A stretch of DNA of 64,000 nucleotides from Magnetococcales bacterium (lineage in GTDB: Bacteria > Pseudomonadota > Magnetococcia > Magnetococcales > UBA8363): positions 2-64,001 of the forward strand of contig PEAK01000012.1 of the NCBI GenBank assembly GCA_002753515.1, given 5' to 3'. This document shows positions 41,851-51,056 of this stretch, in pieces; position 1 is the stretch's first letter; every line of letters begins with the position of its first letter. Under the pieces are notes generated by a model, which was given only the letters and a program-made list of their open reading frames with translations, made no database searches and was not told where the DNA came from. Made by a program: the position numbers and the translations under genes.

Positions 41851-41927
41851 ATAATGCCGGGCAAAAGGTCAGGGTGACTATTTTGACTCACATTAATAAA
41901 TATTGGTAAATTCACCCGGCAGAATAC

Positions 41928-42126
41928 TAAACCGCAGCTATCTTGGGATTCGTAGTTCTTGTCATCCACGCCCCCGATTAAAGCATTCGAGGTTCCCGCT
42001 TTCGCGGGAATGACGAGGCTTCAGCGGGGATCCAGGGAACCTACACACCTTTCTCTGACTTTCTGGATTCCCGCTTTCGCGGGAACGACGCTAGAAAAGT
42101 ACGTGTCCCGCGTTGGTTGCGGTTTA
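41928..42126. mobile_element. MITE/REP-doublet-like element, copy 1 (199 bp)
   Basis: Ends TAAACCGCAGC ... GTTGCGGTTTA (11-bp inverted ends including TA, 1 mismatch); internal TTCCCGC-TTTC-GCGGGAA palindromes; homologous to 45195-45419. Confidence 0.75.
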
Positions 42127-42429
42127 ACGATAAAATATTTATATCACGGAAGCAGTTAACCTTCCAAGTCGTATCGATTGATGATGGGGCTCAGGCTTTC
42201 GTTTCTATGTAAGTTTTACGATGTGGTTTCTTTTTATGAAAGCCAAAGAATTGGTAGAACGGGAATTTTCGTAACTATTGCGGATAGACGCGAGAACTGT
42301 GTCTTTTTATGATTAATCGATTAGAATAAAATTTACTTTCTTGTTTGCATGAATGACCACCGCGATGAATCCTTGGATCATCCATTGCCAACACCCCTTT
42401 ACAGAAGGTCAGCGATGCATATGTACAAC

Positions 42430-44733
42430 TTATTCGCTTGGATTCGATCTCTTGGGCACCAAAAGTACGGTCAAAATGTTCGCGCCCTTGGCTTGTAACT
42501 CTCGCAAGGATGTCTCGTCGGGATGGTCGGTTGCCAGTTTGGTCAAGGCATCGTATAGGCCACGAGCCTGGATCAGATCGCCGGCGGTGCCATAATCGAT
42601 AATCAAATTGAACGCGCCCTTGGCTTGCAACTCCCGCAGGGGTGCCTCGCTGGAATGGTCTTTGGCCAGATTGCTCAGGGCATCGTATAGACCACGAGCC
42701 AGGGTCAGATCGTCGGTATCGCAATAAGCGTTGATCAAATTGAACGCTCCCTGGGCTTGTATTTCTCTCAAGAACGGTTCCATGGGATGGTCTTTGGCCA
42801 GTTTGCTCAGTGCATCGTATAGGCCACGAGCCTGGATCAGATCGCCGGCGTTGCCATAATAGGTAATCAAATTGAATACTCCCTTGGCATGCTCTTTCCG
42901 CAAAGATGCTTCGTCGGGATGGGCAGCGGCAAGAGTTTCTAGGGCATCGTACATTTTCCTCGCCTGAGCAAGATCTCCATCGTTGACATAATCGTAGATC
43001 AAATTATATGACCCCCTGGCTTGCACTTCCCGCAGGGTCGGCTCGTTGGAATGGTCTTTGGCCAGATTGCTCAGGGCTTTGTATAGATTACGAGCCAGGG
43101 TCAGATCGCCGGCATTACCATAAGCGTTGATCAAATTGAAAGCTCCCCTGGCTTGCTCCTCCCGCAGGGACGGCTCGCTGGAATGGTCAGTTGCCAGTTT
43201 GGCCAAGGTATCGTATAGGCCATGAGCCAGGGAAAGATAACCGGTTTTGCCATAAATGCTGATCATATTGATTGTGCCCTTGGCTTGTGCCTCCCGCAGG
43301 AAAGCATTGCCAGGGTTGGCCACAGATAGCGTCGCCAGTTGTTGCAGCAAGTTATGGGCTTCCCTGGGATGCTTGCCGCCCGCATAAGCGATAACATCGA
43401 CCACAGTTAACGCCCAGAAAGATCTCGTCTTGGATATATCGTACTTTGGCAACACCATCAGAGACCACAATCCCGCATGGTCCGGGTAGTCCTGGGCGAT
43501 ACGGGAAAGAGATGCAAAAACTGCGACAGGATCGTATTGCCACGCAGCGTTCAAGATGTCGGAACGTTTTTCTCTATTGGGATCAAACCGAAGCGGTCCT
43601 GACAGCTGCAACTCCTCCAACACCAACAATTCACCCAACAGGTCCGGCTCCATAGGGAAAAGGCGGTACTGGGTATCCGTATCCGCATGTCCAGTCAGGT
43701 TTAAGAAACGCTCGGCTAGTGGCGGTGATGCAATACCATACGCTCGCTGTATCATTTCATTAACTTTTTCTGGAAAATAATCACGGTTCGTTTCAATGCC
43801 AGCGCACAGTGTTGCCAATATCAGTAGGGGCAGGTCAGTGTCCATCTGTACACCACTTTCCTGCCAACGTTCCCTTTCACGTTGCAACACGTTTTTGATC
43901 AAATCCTGCTTTTGCCAGGAGAGGGTACGTCCAGCACCATGCTGCAAGGCATCCGCCAATAACGCGGCATACAGGGGACGCCCGCCTACGTTCAGTCGCT
44001 CCAAAATCTCCCACAAGTCAGACAAGGGAATACGGTCACTGCCAGGCCACCCACGAACAACCATAATCATAGATTCCAGGGAAAGCGGGGATAATTGCAA
44101 AGCCTTAGCCCCATGACGGCTATGGGAGATACAATCCATCCTATAACCGGTTCCCAAAAAGCGGTCGTACCAGTTTGCCTCCTCGCCTTCCCGCTCCAGC
44201 AATAACAACCGCACCTTGTTGGAAAACGATGACTGCTTCTTGGCCAAATTTTCGACCAACGCACCCACGACTTCTGGTCTTCCCAGAATATAATCAGCAA
44301 TCAACAGGGTCGGTTTGGTCGGCCAACCCGCTGGTGGACTGGTCATAAAGCGGACATTTTTCTCCCAAACTTTGTCGCGCCCGAGAAAACCCGCCTCCCA
44401 GCCCATCTCCTGCCGACTCAGCGCCAATTCCAAAGCCAAGCGGCTTTTGCCCGAACCACCCGGCCCCACAACCAGACACCAAAGAAAGTATTCTTCCCGG
44501 TCAAGAAATTCATCCAAGAATTTCAGTTCCCGTTCCCGCCCCAACATGGCTGTTGTTCGGGCGGTATAACGAAACCGAGTGGTTCCAAGAGGCGTATTGG
44601 CAGAAGAGGAGGCTCCCGGGGGCAGCAGCTCCAGTTCCAACTGGGCCGGGAAACCGCTTCCATAATTGATTTGTGTACCAATCACAGTACTTTGTTCAGC
44701 ACGATTGACGCGAATCTCGGTCGTACCCGTCAT
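42430..44733 (-). CDS. STAND/NLR-like P-loop NTPase with N-terminal putative amyloid motif and C-terminal 44-aa TPR-like repeats
   Basis: LGRERE pre-P-loop, Walker A GPGGSGKS, Walker B LLIAD, GRPLY winged-helix-like motif, six tandem helical repeats; AGGGGG SD-like sequence 8 nt before ATG 44733. Confidence 0.85.
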   Translation of the reverse strand: MTGTTEIRVNRAEQSTVIGTQINYGSGFPAQLELELLPPGASSSANTPLGTTRFRYTARTTAMLGRERELKFLDEFLDREEYFLWCLVVGPGGSGKSRLALELALSRQEMGWEAGFLGRDKVWEKNVRFMTSPPAGWPTKPTLLIADYILGRPEVVGALVENLAKKQSSFSNKVRLLLLEREGEEANWYDRFLGTGYRMDCISHSRHGAKALQLSPLSLESMIMVVRGWPGSDRIPLSDLWEILERLNVGGRPLYAALLADALQHGAGRTLSWQKQDLIKNVLQRERERWQESGVQMDTDLPLLILATLCAGIETNRDYFPEKVNEMIQRAYGIASPPLAERFLNLTGHADTDTQYRLFPMEPDLLGELLVLEELQLSGPLRFDPNREKRSDILNAAWQYDPVAVFASLSRIAQDYPDHAGLWSLMVLPKYDISKTRSFWALTVVDVIAYAGGKHPREAHNLLQQLATLSVANPGNAFLREAQAKGTINMISIYGKTGYLSLAHGLYDTLAKLATDHSSEPSLREEQARGAFNLINAYGNAGDLTLARNLYKALSNLAKDHSNEPTLREVQARGSYNLIYDYVNDGDLAQARKMYDALETLAAAHPDEASLRKEHAKGVFNLITYYGNAGDLIQARGLYDALSKLAKDHPMEPFLREIQAQGAFNLINAYCDTDDLTLARGLYDALSNLAKDHSSEAPLRELQAKGAFNLIIDYGTAGDLIQARGLYDALTKLATDHPDETSLRELQAKGANILTVLLVPKRSNPSE
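42511..43302 (-). repeat. Six 132-bp (44-aa) intragenic tandem repeats
   Basis: Consensus LRE.QA.GAFNLI..YG.AGDL..AR.LYDAL..LA.DH..E; 39-nt identical tracts at 42548-42586 and 42812-42850 (offset 264 = 2x132). Confidence 0.92.
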
Positions 44734-44745
44734 GGAAAACACCCC

Positions 44746-45108
44746 CTACCGATGATTATGCTGTGAACCAATGATTGTGCTGTTATTGGCGGTATTCACA
44801 TTGATGGTGTTGTGAATTACGGTTATTCCGGCGCTCTTCAAATGGGACTCCAAGTTCCTGGCCAGTTGCAACGCTTCCTCATTTTGAGCCAAGCCACAAG
44901 CGACAACCTCTTCGTGCAGGGTCAACTTGCGACCCTCTGTAGGAGTTTGCTCGACCTTGTTCATTGCTTCGACCACCGCATGCTGTTCGCCGAATTGTTT
45001 CTTGATCCATCCCTTCAACATTCCGTAAGCATCTGCGACAAGGTGTCCCCCTACCTTGTTAGCAACAAAAGGGGCGGCGGCAACAATGGCATCAGTGATC
45101 GAATCCAT
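44746..45108 (-). CDS. Bell-like (HeLo/HeLL-analogous) small helical protein with C-terminal N/T/I-rich putative amyloid motif
   Basis: Amphipathic N-terminus (..VADAYGMLKGWIKKQFG..), ~95-aa helical body, then HNTINVNTANNSTIIGSQHN; AAAGG SD; stop 12 nt before the NTPase ATG. Confidence 0.75.
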   Translation of the reverse strand: MDSITDAIVAAAPFVANKVGGHLVADAYGMLKGWIKKQFGEQHAVVEAMNKVEQTPTEGRKLTLHEEVVACGLAQNEEALQLARNLESHLKSAGITVIHNTINVNTANNSTIIGSQHNHR

Positions 45109-45194
45109 GGGTTAACCTTTCGAGTTGGATGATGTTGTCAACTTCGTTTTCAGAATAACAAGAGTCGCAGAAAGAACCAAAAAAAATCTCGCTC

Positions 45195-45419
45195 TAAACC
45201 GCAGCTATCTTGGGATGTGTAGTTATTGTCCTCCTCGCCCCCGATTCAAGCATTCGAGGTTCCCGCTTTCGCGGGAATGACGAGGCTTCAGCGGGGATCC
45301 AGAGGACTTTCCTACCTTCCCTGACTTTCTGGATTCCCGCTTAAGCCTGCCCTCGAATGCTTGAATCGGGGGCGGAAATGACACTGGAAAACTACGCTTC
45401 CCGTGTTGGTTGCGGTTTA
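45195..45419. mobile_element. MITE/REP-doublet-like element, copy 2 (225 bp)
   Basis: Same termini and orientation as 41928-42126; carries an extra segment giving a 24-bp perfect inverted repeat (45236-45259/45351-45374). Confidence 0.75.
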
Positions 45420-45706
45420 AATCAAGGTAATCGCATGTGAGTTCTGTGAATGTCCTTGTTTTCCAGGAATATATAGGTCACTCTCGTACGTGGTGCGGTA
45501 TAGATGAGCGACACGAGAAAAAGGACGGAGAGAGTAAGAAAGGTCAGGCGCAACCATTCAGGATCCCCCACTTTCTTTGTTTCTATTCCCCCTCGCACAC
45601 TCGTAGAGGGAGAGAGGGGGACGAATGGTTATGGGCAGACTCGGTTGAATCCCTGGCTTTTATTAAAAAGCATAAGATCCTGCCATTCAGGAAAGGGAGG
45701 GTGAAC

Positions 45707-46102
45707 ATGGAAAAGGAAAAATCGGGGGCAACCATGCCGACGATCTTGGTTGTTGATGACCAAACCGCCAACATTGAAATACTCCATTGCATCCTTCAGG
45801 AAGAATATCGTGTCGTGTTCGCCACCAACGGTCAAGATGCCTTGAAGCTGGCGAAAGAACAAAAACCTGACTTGATATTGCTGGATGTGGTCATGCCAGG
45901 CATGGATGGCTATCAGGTGTGTTCCGTGCTACAGGCCGATCCCGTGACCAATGGAATTCCTGTCATTTTTGTCACCTCCCTCAACGATATGAAATATCAG
46001 GCCACCGGTTTCAGCATGGGAGCTGTGGAATACATCGTCAAACCCATCGACCCCGATTCGGTATTGGACATTGTGCAGCAATGTTTGGAAAAACATCAAT
46101 AA
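45707..46102 (+). CDS. Single-domain response regulator (REC)
   Basis: LVVDD, LLDVVMPGMDG and VKPI motifs; start after GGAGG at ATG 45707. Confidence 0.88.
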   Translation: MEKEKSGATMPTILVVDDQTANIEILHCILQEEYRVVFATNGQDALKLAKEQKPDLILLDVVMPGMDGYQVCSVLQADPVTNGIPVIFVTSLNDMKYQATGFSMGAVEYIVKPIDPDSVLDIVQQCLEKHQ

Positions 46103-46349
46103 TGCCACATTTTTTTCCACAATCATGGCATCGCTTCAGTATCATGGATATCCCGTTGGATCCGTAACCGTCAACCATGACAACCGGCTTTACAGTTGGG
46201 TTTCTTGGGCTAAAATCACGCAAGAAACCCAACCTGAGGCGTGCCCACTGGTGTATTTTCGCAAAAAACGCGACAATGCTTCTGCTGGGAAAGGGGCCAG
46301 CCCCATTCCATACCTATCCCATGGACTTAACCATAACATAAGGCACCCC

Positions 46350-47747
46350 GTGAAACTGGCTGACCAAGCACGCATCGCCATCATCGGCGGCGGTCCCGCA
46401 GGATCCATGGCCGGATTTTTCCTCAAAGAATTATCGCAACGTATCGGCATGACCGTTCACGTCGATCTCTACGAACCGAAAGATTACAATCGCTTCGGAC
46501 CTCAAGGCTGTAATATGTGCGCTGGCGTCATCAGCGAATCCCTCGTACAAACCCTCGCCGCAGAAGGAATCGAACTGCCCTCCAAAGTCGTGCAACGCGG
46601 CATCGATTCCTACGTACTCCACACCACGGAATGCCAACCCGTCACCATCGATACCCCCGCGGACGACCTGCGTATCGCCACCGTTTACCGCGGCAGCGGC
46701 CCCCTCGAACCCAAAGGCAAACTGGAATGGCGCAGCTTTGACGGCTACCTCCTCGAGCTGGCACAACAACATGGTGTTACCCTCATCCACCAACGTGTTA
46801 CCGACATACAATGGTCCGACCAACGCCCCACAGTATTCACCAACAATAAGGAAAAAGGGGAAACTTACGATTTGCTCATAGGGGCCATGGGAGTCAATGC
46901 GCAACTCTTGAAAAAATTTGAAACACTGGGATTCCACTTTCAAGCTCCACGCACTTCCAAAGGTTTTCTGTCCGAGATTCACCTGGGCAAAGAACGGGTC
47001 CGTCATTACATTGGTAGTGCCATGCACGTTTTTCTATTGGACATTCCAGGACTTAAATTTGCAGCACTGATCCCAAAGGTGGAATATGTCACCATTTGTC
47101 TCCTTGGTGAGCAGATCGATCGTAAACTCATTGAAACATTCATGAACACCCCTGAGGTGAAGAGTTGCTTCCCCCCGGATATGTCATGGCGTTTCGAGGA
47201 TCAAGGATGCGATTTTGGTCAATCCTGCCACTGTGGCCCCAAACTGAATATCCAGGCTGCTCGTCATCCGTCCGCTGATCGGGTGGTGTTGGTTGGTGAC
47301 AGCGCGGTGTCGCGACTCTATAAGGATGGCATCGGTGCTGCCTACATCACCGCCAAATCCTGTGTTGTCACCGCCCTGTTCATAGGGATATCAGCCCAGG
47401 ATTTCTCCAAACATTACGATCCCGTTATCCGTCGTATCGATCGCGACAACAATATTGGTAAAGTAATTTTTTATATTACCGAACTATACCAAAATCTGCA
47501 CTTTCTCAGACGTGGCATGGTTGCCATGGTTCACCAGGAACGGCAATTCATCTCCCGCCGCCGTCGCATGGCCCGGGTATTGTGGGATATGTTTACCGGC
47601 AGTGCCACCTACCGCGATATTCTCATCCGCTCGTTTCATCCCGCTTTTGTAACCCGACTCCTGACTTCCACCCTCATGACCCTCTTCAGCCCACTCGCCT
47701 TTAGCCGGAAGAATCACCAGAATGCGCAAAAAAACGGTTCCCTTTAA
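46350..47747 (+). CDS. FAD-dependent oxidoreductase (geranylgeranyl reductase-like family)
   Basis: IIGGGPAG, CNMCAG and LVGDSA motifs; start estimated at GTG 46350. Confidence 0.75.
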   Translation: MKLADQARIAIIGGGPAGSMAGFFLKELSQRIGMTVHVDLYEPKDYNRFGPQGCNMCAGVISESLVQTLAAEGIELPSKVVQRGIDSYVLHTTECQPVTIDTPADDLRIATVYRGSGPLEPKGKLEWRSFDGYLLELAQQHGVTLIHQRVTDIQWSDQRPTVFTNNKEKGETYDLLIGAMGVNAQLLKKFETLGFHFQAPRTSKGFLSEIHLGKERVRHYIGSAMHVFLLDIPGLKFAALIPKVEYVTICLLGEQIDRKLIETFMNTPEVKSCFPPDMSWRFEDQGCDFGQSCHCGPKLNIQAARHPSADRVVLVGDSAVSRLYKDGIGAAYITAKSCVVTALFIGISAQDFSKHYDPVIRRIDRDNNIGKVIFYITELYQNLHFLRRGMVAMVHQERQFISRRRRMARVLWDMFTGSATYRDILIRSFHPAFVTRLLTSTLMTLFSPLAFSRKNHQNAQKNGSL

Positions 47748-47824
47748 CCCACCATAGCTTTAGAATGGAGCCAATCAGGTTTCCGATATACCCGATCACC
47801 CTGGAGCATAACGACTGACCGCAT

Positions 47825-49096
47825 ATGAATGATTACGGCTGGATAATTTTGATAACATTGCTTTTGGGCTTTGTTCTCGAAACGGTAGCAACTTTGCTTA
47901 ATTTACGGCATTCCCCGAAAACTCCCCCCGAACCGTTCCAGGATTGCTTCGACCAGGATCGCTTTCAACGGACCAGGAATTATCTCGCGGCTAAAGCCAA
48001 GGCTGGAATGGTCCGGGGTGGGTGGGATTTGGCGCTGTTGCTGATCTGGTGGGGAATGGGTGGCTTCAACGCCCTGGATCAATGGCTCAGACCCATGATA
48101 CACGACGACCTGTTACGTGGCGTTGTCTATGTCGGCACCCTGGTGCTGCTCTCTCGCCTCCTCGACCTGCCCTTCGCCATCCACGACACCTTTGTGGTTG
48201 AGAATCGCTTTGGCTTCAACCGCACGACACCGGTAACCTTCGTCATGGACCGTATCAAATCACTCCTGCTCTCCAGTATCCTTGGAGGGGGCATTCTCTG
48301 GGGTATCCTGTGGTTTTTCCATAAGGCTGGTCCCCTGGCGTGGCTCCACTGCTGGCTCAGCGTCACCCTGTTCACCCTGACCGTGCACTATGTCGCCCCG
48401 CGTTGGATCATCCCCCTGTTCTTTAAATTCAAATCTTTGCCCGATGGTCCTCTACGCCAAGCCTTGCTGGCCTACGCCGAAAAAGTCCAGTTCCCCGTTC
48501 AGGACGTTTTCGAGGTCGATGGTTCCCGGCGCTCTACCAAAGCCAATGCCTTTTTTACCGGCTTTGGCAAAAATCGCCGTATCGCCCTGTTCGACACCCT
48601 GATCCAAACCCACTCCCAGGATGAAGTCATCGCCGTTCTGGCCCACGAAGTGGGACATTTCAAGCATCGCCATATCCTCAAAGGGGTCGGTCTCAGCATC
48701 ATCCACATGGGGCTGCTGTTTTATCTCATGTCCCTTTTCATGAACAAACCCGAGTTGTCTCAAGCTTTTTTCATGACCCACATGTCGCTATACACCGGCT
48801 TGGTGTTTTTTACCCTGTTGCTGACGCCATTGGATCTGATCGTCGGCCCAGTGTTCAAATGGTATTCCCGCAACAATGAATTTCAGGCCGATCATTTTGC
48901 CGTGCAAACCGCCCCCAACCCTTTGGCCTTGCAAAACGCCCTCAAAAAATTGGCGGTCAACAGTTTGTCCAACTTGACGCCACACCCGCTACACGTCATG
49001 TTGCATGATTCCCATCCCCCTCTGATCCAGCGCCTGGACAGAATGATGCAGGTATCATCCACTCAGCGGTTCCCCTTGCCGCAAGGTAACCCGTAG
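47825..49096 (+). CDS. M48 (Ste24/CAAX prenyl protease-like) metallopeptidase
   Basis: ENRFGFN, DGSRRSTKANAFFTG, HEVGH, EFQAD and SHPPL..R motifs. Confidence 0.93.
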   Translation: MNDYGWIILITLLLGFVLETVATLLNLRHSPKTPPEPFQDCFDQDRFQRTRNYLAAKAKAGMVRGGWDLALLLIWWGMGGFNALDQWLRPMIHDDLLRGVVYVGTLVLLSRLLDLPFAIHDTFVVENRFGFNRTTPVTFVMDRIKSLLLSSILGGGILWGILWFFHKAGPLAWLHCWLSVTLFTLTVHYVAPRWIIPLFFKFKSLPDGPLRQALLAYAEKVQFPVQDVFEVDGSRRSTKANAFFTGFGKNRRIALFDTLIQTHSQDEVIAVLAHEVGHFKHRHILKGVGLSIIHMGLLFYLMSLFMNKPELSQAFFMTHMSLYTGLVFFTLLLTPLDLIVGPVFKWYSRNNEFQADHFAVQTAPNPLALQNALKKLAVNSLSNLTPHPLHVMLHDSHPPLIQRLDRMMQVSSTQRFPLPQGNP

Positions 49097-49104
49097 TTTG
49101 AGGA

Positions 49105-50874
49105 ATGGCCATGAAAACCAAGGGTCCAGCCAACGATCTGGCAGAGTTGTTAAATGGACGCTCCTTTGAGGCGGTTTTGCTCAAAGTACTCCTGGAAAAC
49201 AGTCGGGAAGGCGTTGCATTGGTGGATTGGCGTGGCAACATACGCCGTATCAATCGTGCTTTCGCCCGTATGACCCACACCATTCACGAAGACCTGGAAG
49301 GGAAAAATATTATCCGTCTGTTTCCCGACAGTCACGATCAGGGCATGCTGGACGAAATTCTGGAAATCCTTTGGCAAGATGGCTATTGGTCCGGAAGTTT
49401 TGCACCTCAATTCCCAGGAGACAAACAAAACAGCAAACTGTTTCTCAAAGTGAGTGCCATTTTGCCCGCCAATGGCAGGGTGCGGTTTTTTCTGTGTCAG
49501 CTTTCGGAAAGCCATACAAGCGACAAACAGGGGGATCACCTCGTCAAACAACCGAAAGATTCCTTGACACAATTGGCAAGCCGCCCCCTGTTTGTGGACC
49601 GCCTGGAACAAGCCATCGCCGCCGCCAAACGTCACAACCGTTCCCTGGGTGTACTCATTCTGGATCTGGATCGCTTCAAACTGATCAACGATTCCCTGGG
49701 TTTTGAGCTTGGCGATGCCATGCTGAAGGTGGTGGCGGAACGGTTAACCCGATGCTTGCGCACTTCCGATAGCGTTGCCCGGGTTGGCAGCGATGAATTC
49801 GGCATGATCCTGACCGACATCGACGAAGGGACTGGAGCCATACGCAATTCCGGCTTTGTTGCCCGCAAAATTTACGAAGCCCTGGCGGAACCGGCCCTGT
49901 TGGGTTCCCAGGAAGTGGAACTCTCCGCCGCAATCGGCATCACCCTGTTTCCCCAGGATGCCATAACCGCCGAATCCTTGTTGAAATGTGCGGAAACCGC
50001 ACTGGATCACGCCCGTCGTCGTGGAAGAAACAATTATCAATTCTTTTCCTCGGAAATGGCCGAAACCGCACGCAAACGGTTCGCGTTGGAGTCAAACCTG
50101 CGCCATGCCCAGGAAAAGGGTGAGCTGCGTCTGTATTACCAGCCCCAAGTGGACCTGGAAACAGGTCGGGTGTTTGGTGCCGAAGCCTTGATTCGCTGGT
50201 TTCATCCCGAAAAAGGTTTGATTTCCCCCGCCGACTTTATCCCGATTGCCGAAGAAACCGGCTTGATCATCAGCATCGGTGAATGGGTGATTCGCACCGC
50301 CTGTCGCCAAATTGCCCAGTGGAAAGAAATGGAACTGCCGGCCATACGTATCGGAGTTAACCTGTCGGCACTGCAATTCCAACGGCAAAATCTCGTCGCC
50401 GTCATCCAAGATGCTTTGCAGGAAACAGGTATCGATCCCGCGTGCCTCGATTTGGAAATAACCGAAAGCGCCATTATGGAGGATGTGAAAAAAACAATCA
50501 CCATGCTGGCGCAAATCAGCGCCATGGGGGTTCACCTCTCCATTGATGATTTCGGCACGGGATACTCCTCCTTGAGCCAGCTCAGGAATTTTCCCTTTAA
50601 AACATTGAAAATTGACCAATCCTTCATTCGTTCCATCGTCAACAATGATGGCGATAAAGCCATTGTCAATGCCATCATTGCCATGGCCCACAGCCTAAAT
50701 CAAAAAGTGATCGTAGAAGGTTTGGAAACTCATGACCAGTTGGCCATTATGAAATCCCTTAATTGCAATCATATGCAGGGATTTTTGTTCAGCGCCGCCG
50801 TTCCTGCCGATGAATTGACGCAAATGCTGCGTGAGGGTAAAAGTTTGGATACACTGCCCAGACCCAAAGGATGA
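49105..50874 (+). CDS. PAS-GGDEF-EAL c-di-GMP protein
   Basis: DLDRFK.INDSLG, variant GSDEF, EALIRW, EITES and DDFGTGYSSL motifs. Confidence 0.92.
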   Translation: MAMKTKGPANDLAELLNGRSFEAVLLKVLLENSREGVALVDWRGNIRRINRAFARMTHTIHEDLEGKNIIRLFPDSHDQGMLDEILEILWQDGYWSGSFAPQFPGDKQNSKLFLKVSAILPANGRVRFFLCQLSESHTSDKQGDHLVKQPKDSLTQLASRPLFVDRLEQAIAAAKRHNRSLGVLILDLDRFKLINDSLGFELGDAMLKVVAERLTRCLRTSDSVARVGSDEFGMILTDIDEGTGAIRNSGFVARKIYEALAEPALLGSQEVELSAAIGITLFPQDAITAESLLKCAETALDHARRRGRNNYQFFSSEMAETARKRFALESNLRHAQEKGELRLYYQPQVDLETGRVFGAEALIRWFHPEKGLISPADFIPIAEETGLIISIGEWVIRTACRQIAQWKEMELPAIRIGVNLSALQFQRQNLVAVIQDALQETGIDPACLDLEITESAIMEDVKKTITMLAQISAMGVHLSIDDFGTGYSSLSQLRNFPFKTLKIDQSFIRSIVNNDGDKAIVNAIIAMAHSLNQKVIVEGLETHDQLAIMKSLNCNHMQGFLFSAAVPADELTQMLREGKSLDTLPRPKG

Positions 50875-51056
50875 ACATCACCCCCGATGCCAGGCGACAT
50901 GCGGCACAAACAGGGAGAAAATATCGCTGCAATCAGACTATGCTGATTGTGAGTTCAGGCAGGATGATGTAGAAGAATAATTCAAGAGCGCTTTATTGAT
51001 TGTGGACCGAACACCCTGACACGGCAAACAAGCTTCAGTACCCGAAAGTCCCGCGA

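Noticed and set aside
42511-43302. Regularly spaced DNA repeats resembling a CRISPR array
   Set aside because: The period is 132 bp, in frame within a long ORF, the whole unit is conserved (no unique spacers) and there are no cas genes; these are protein repeats.
45437-45706. N-terminal extension of the response regulator ORF
   Set aside because: The extension has no domain character; a good GGAGG SD precedes ATG 45707.
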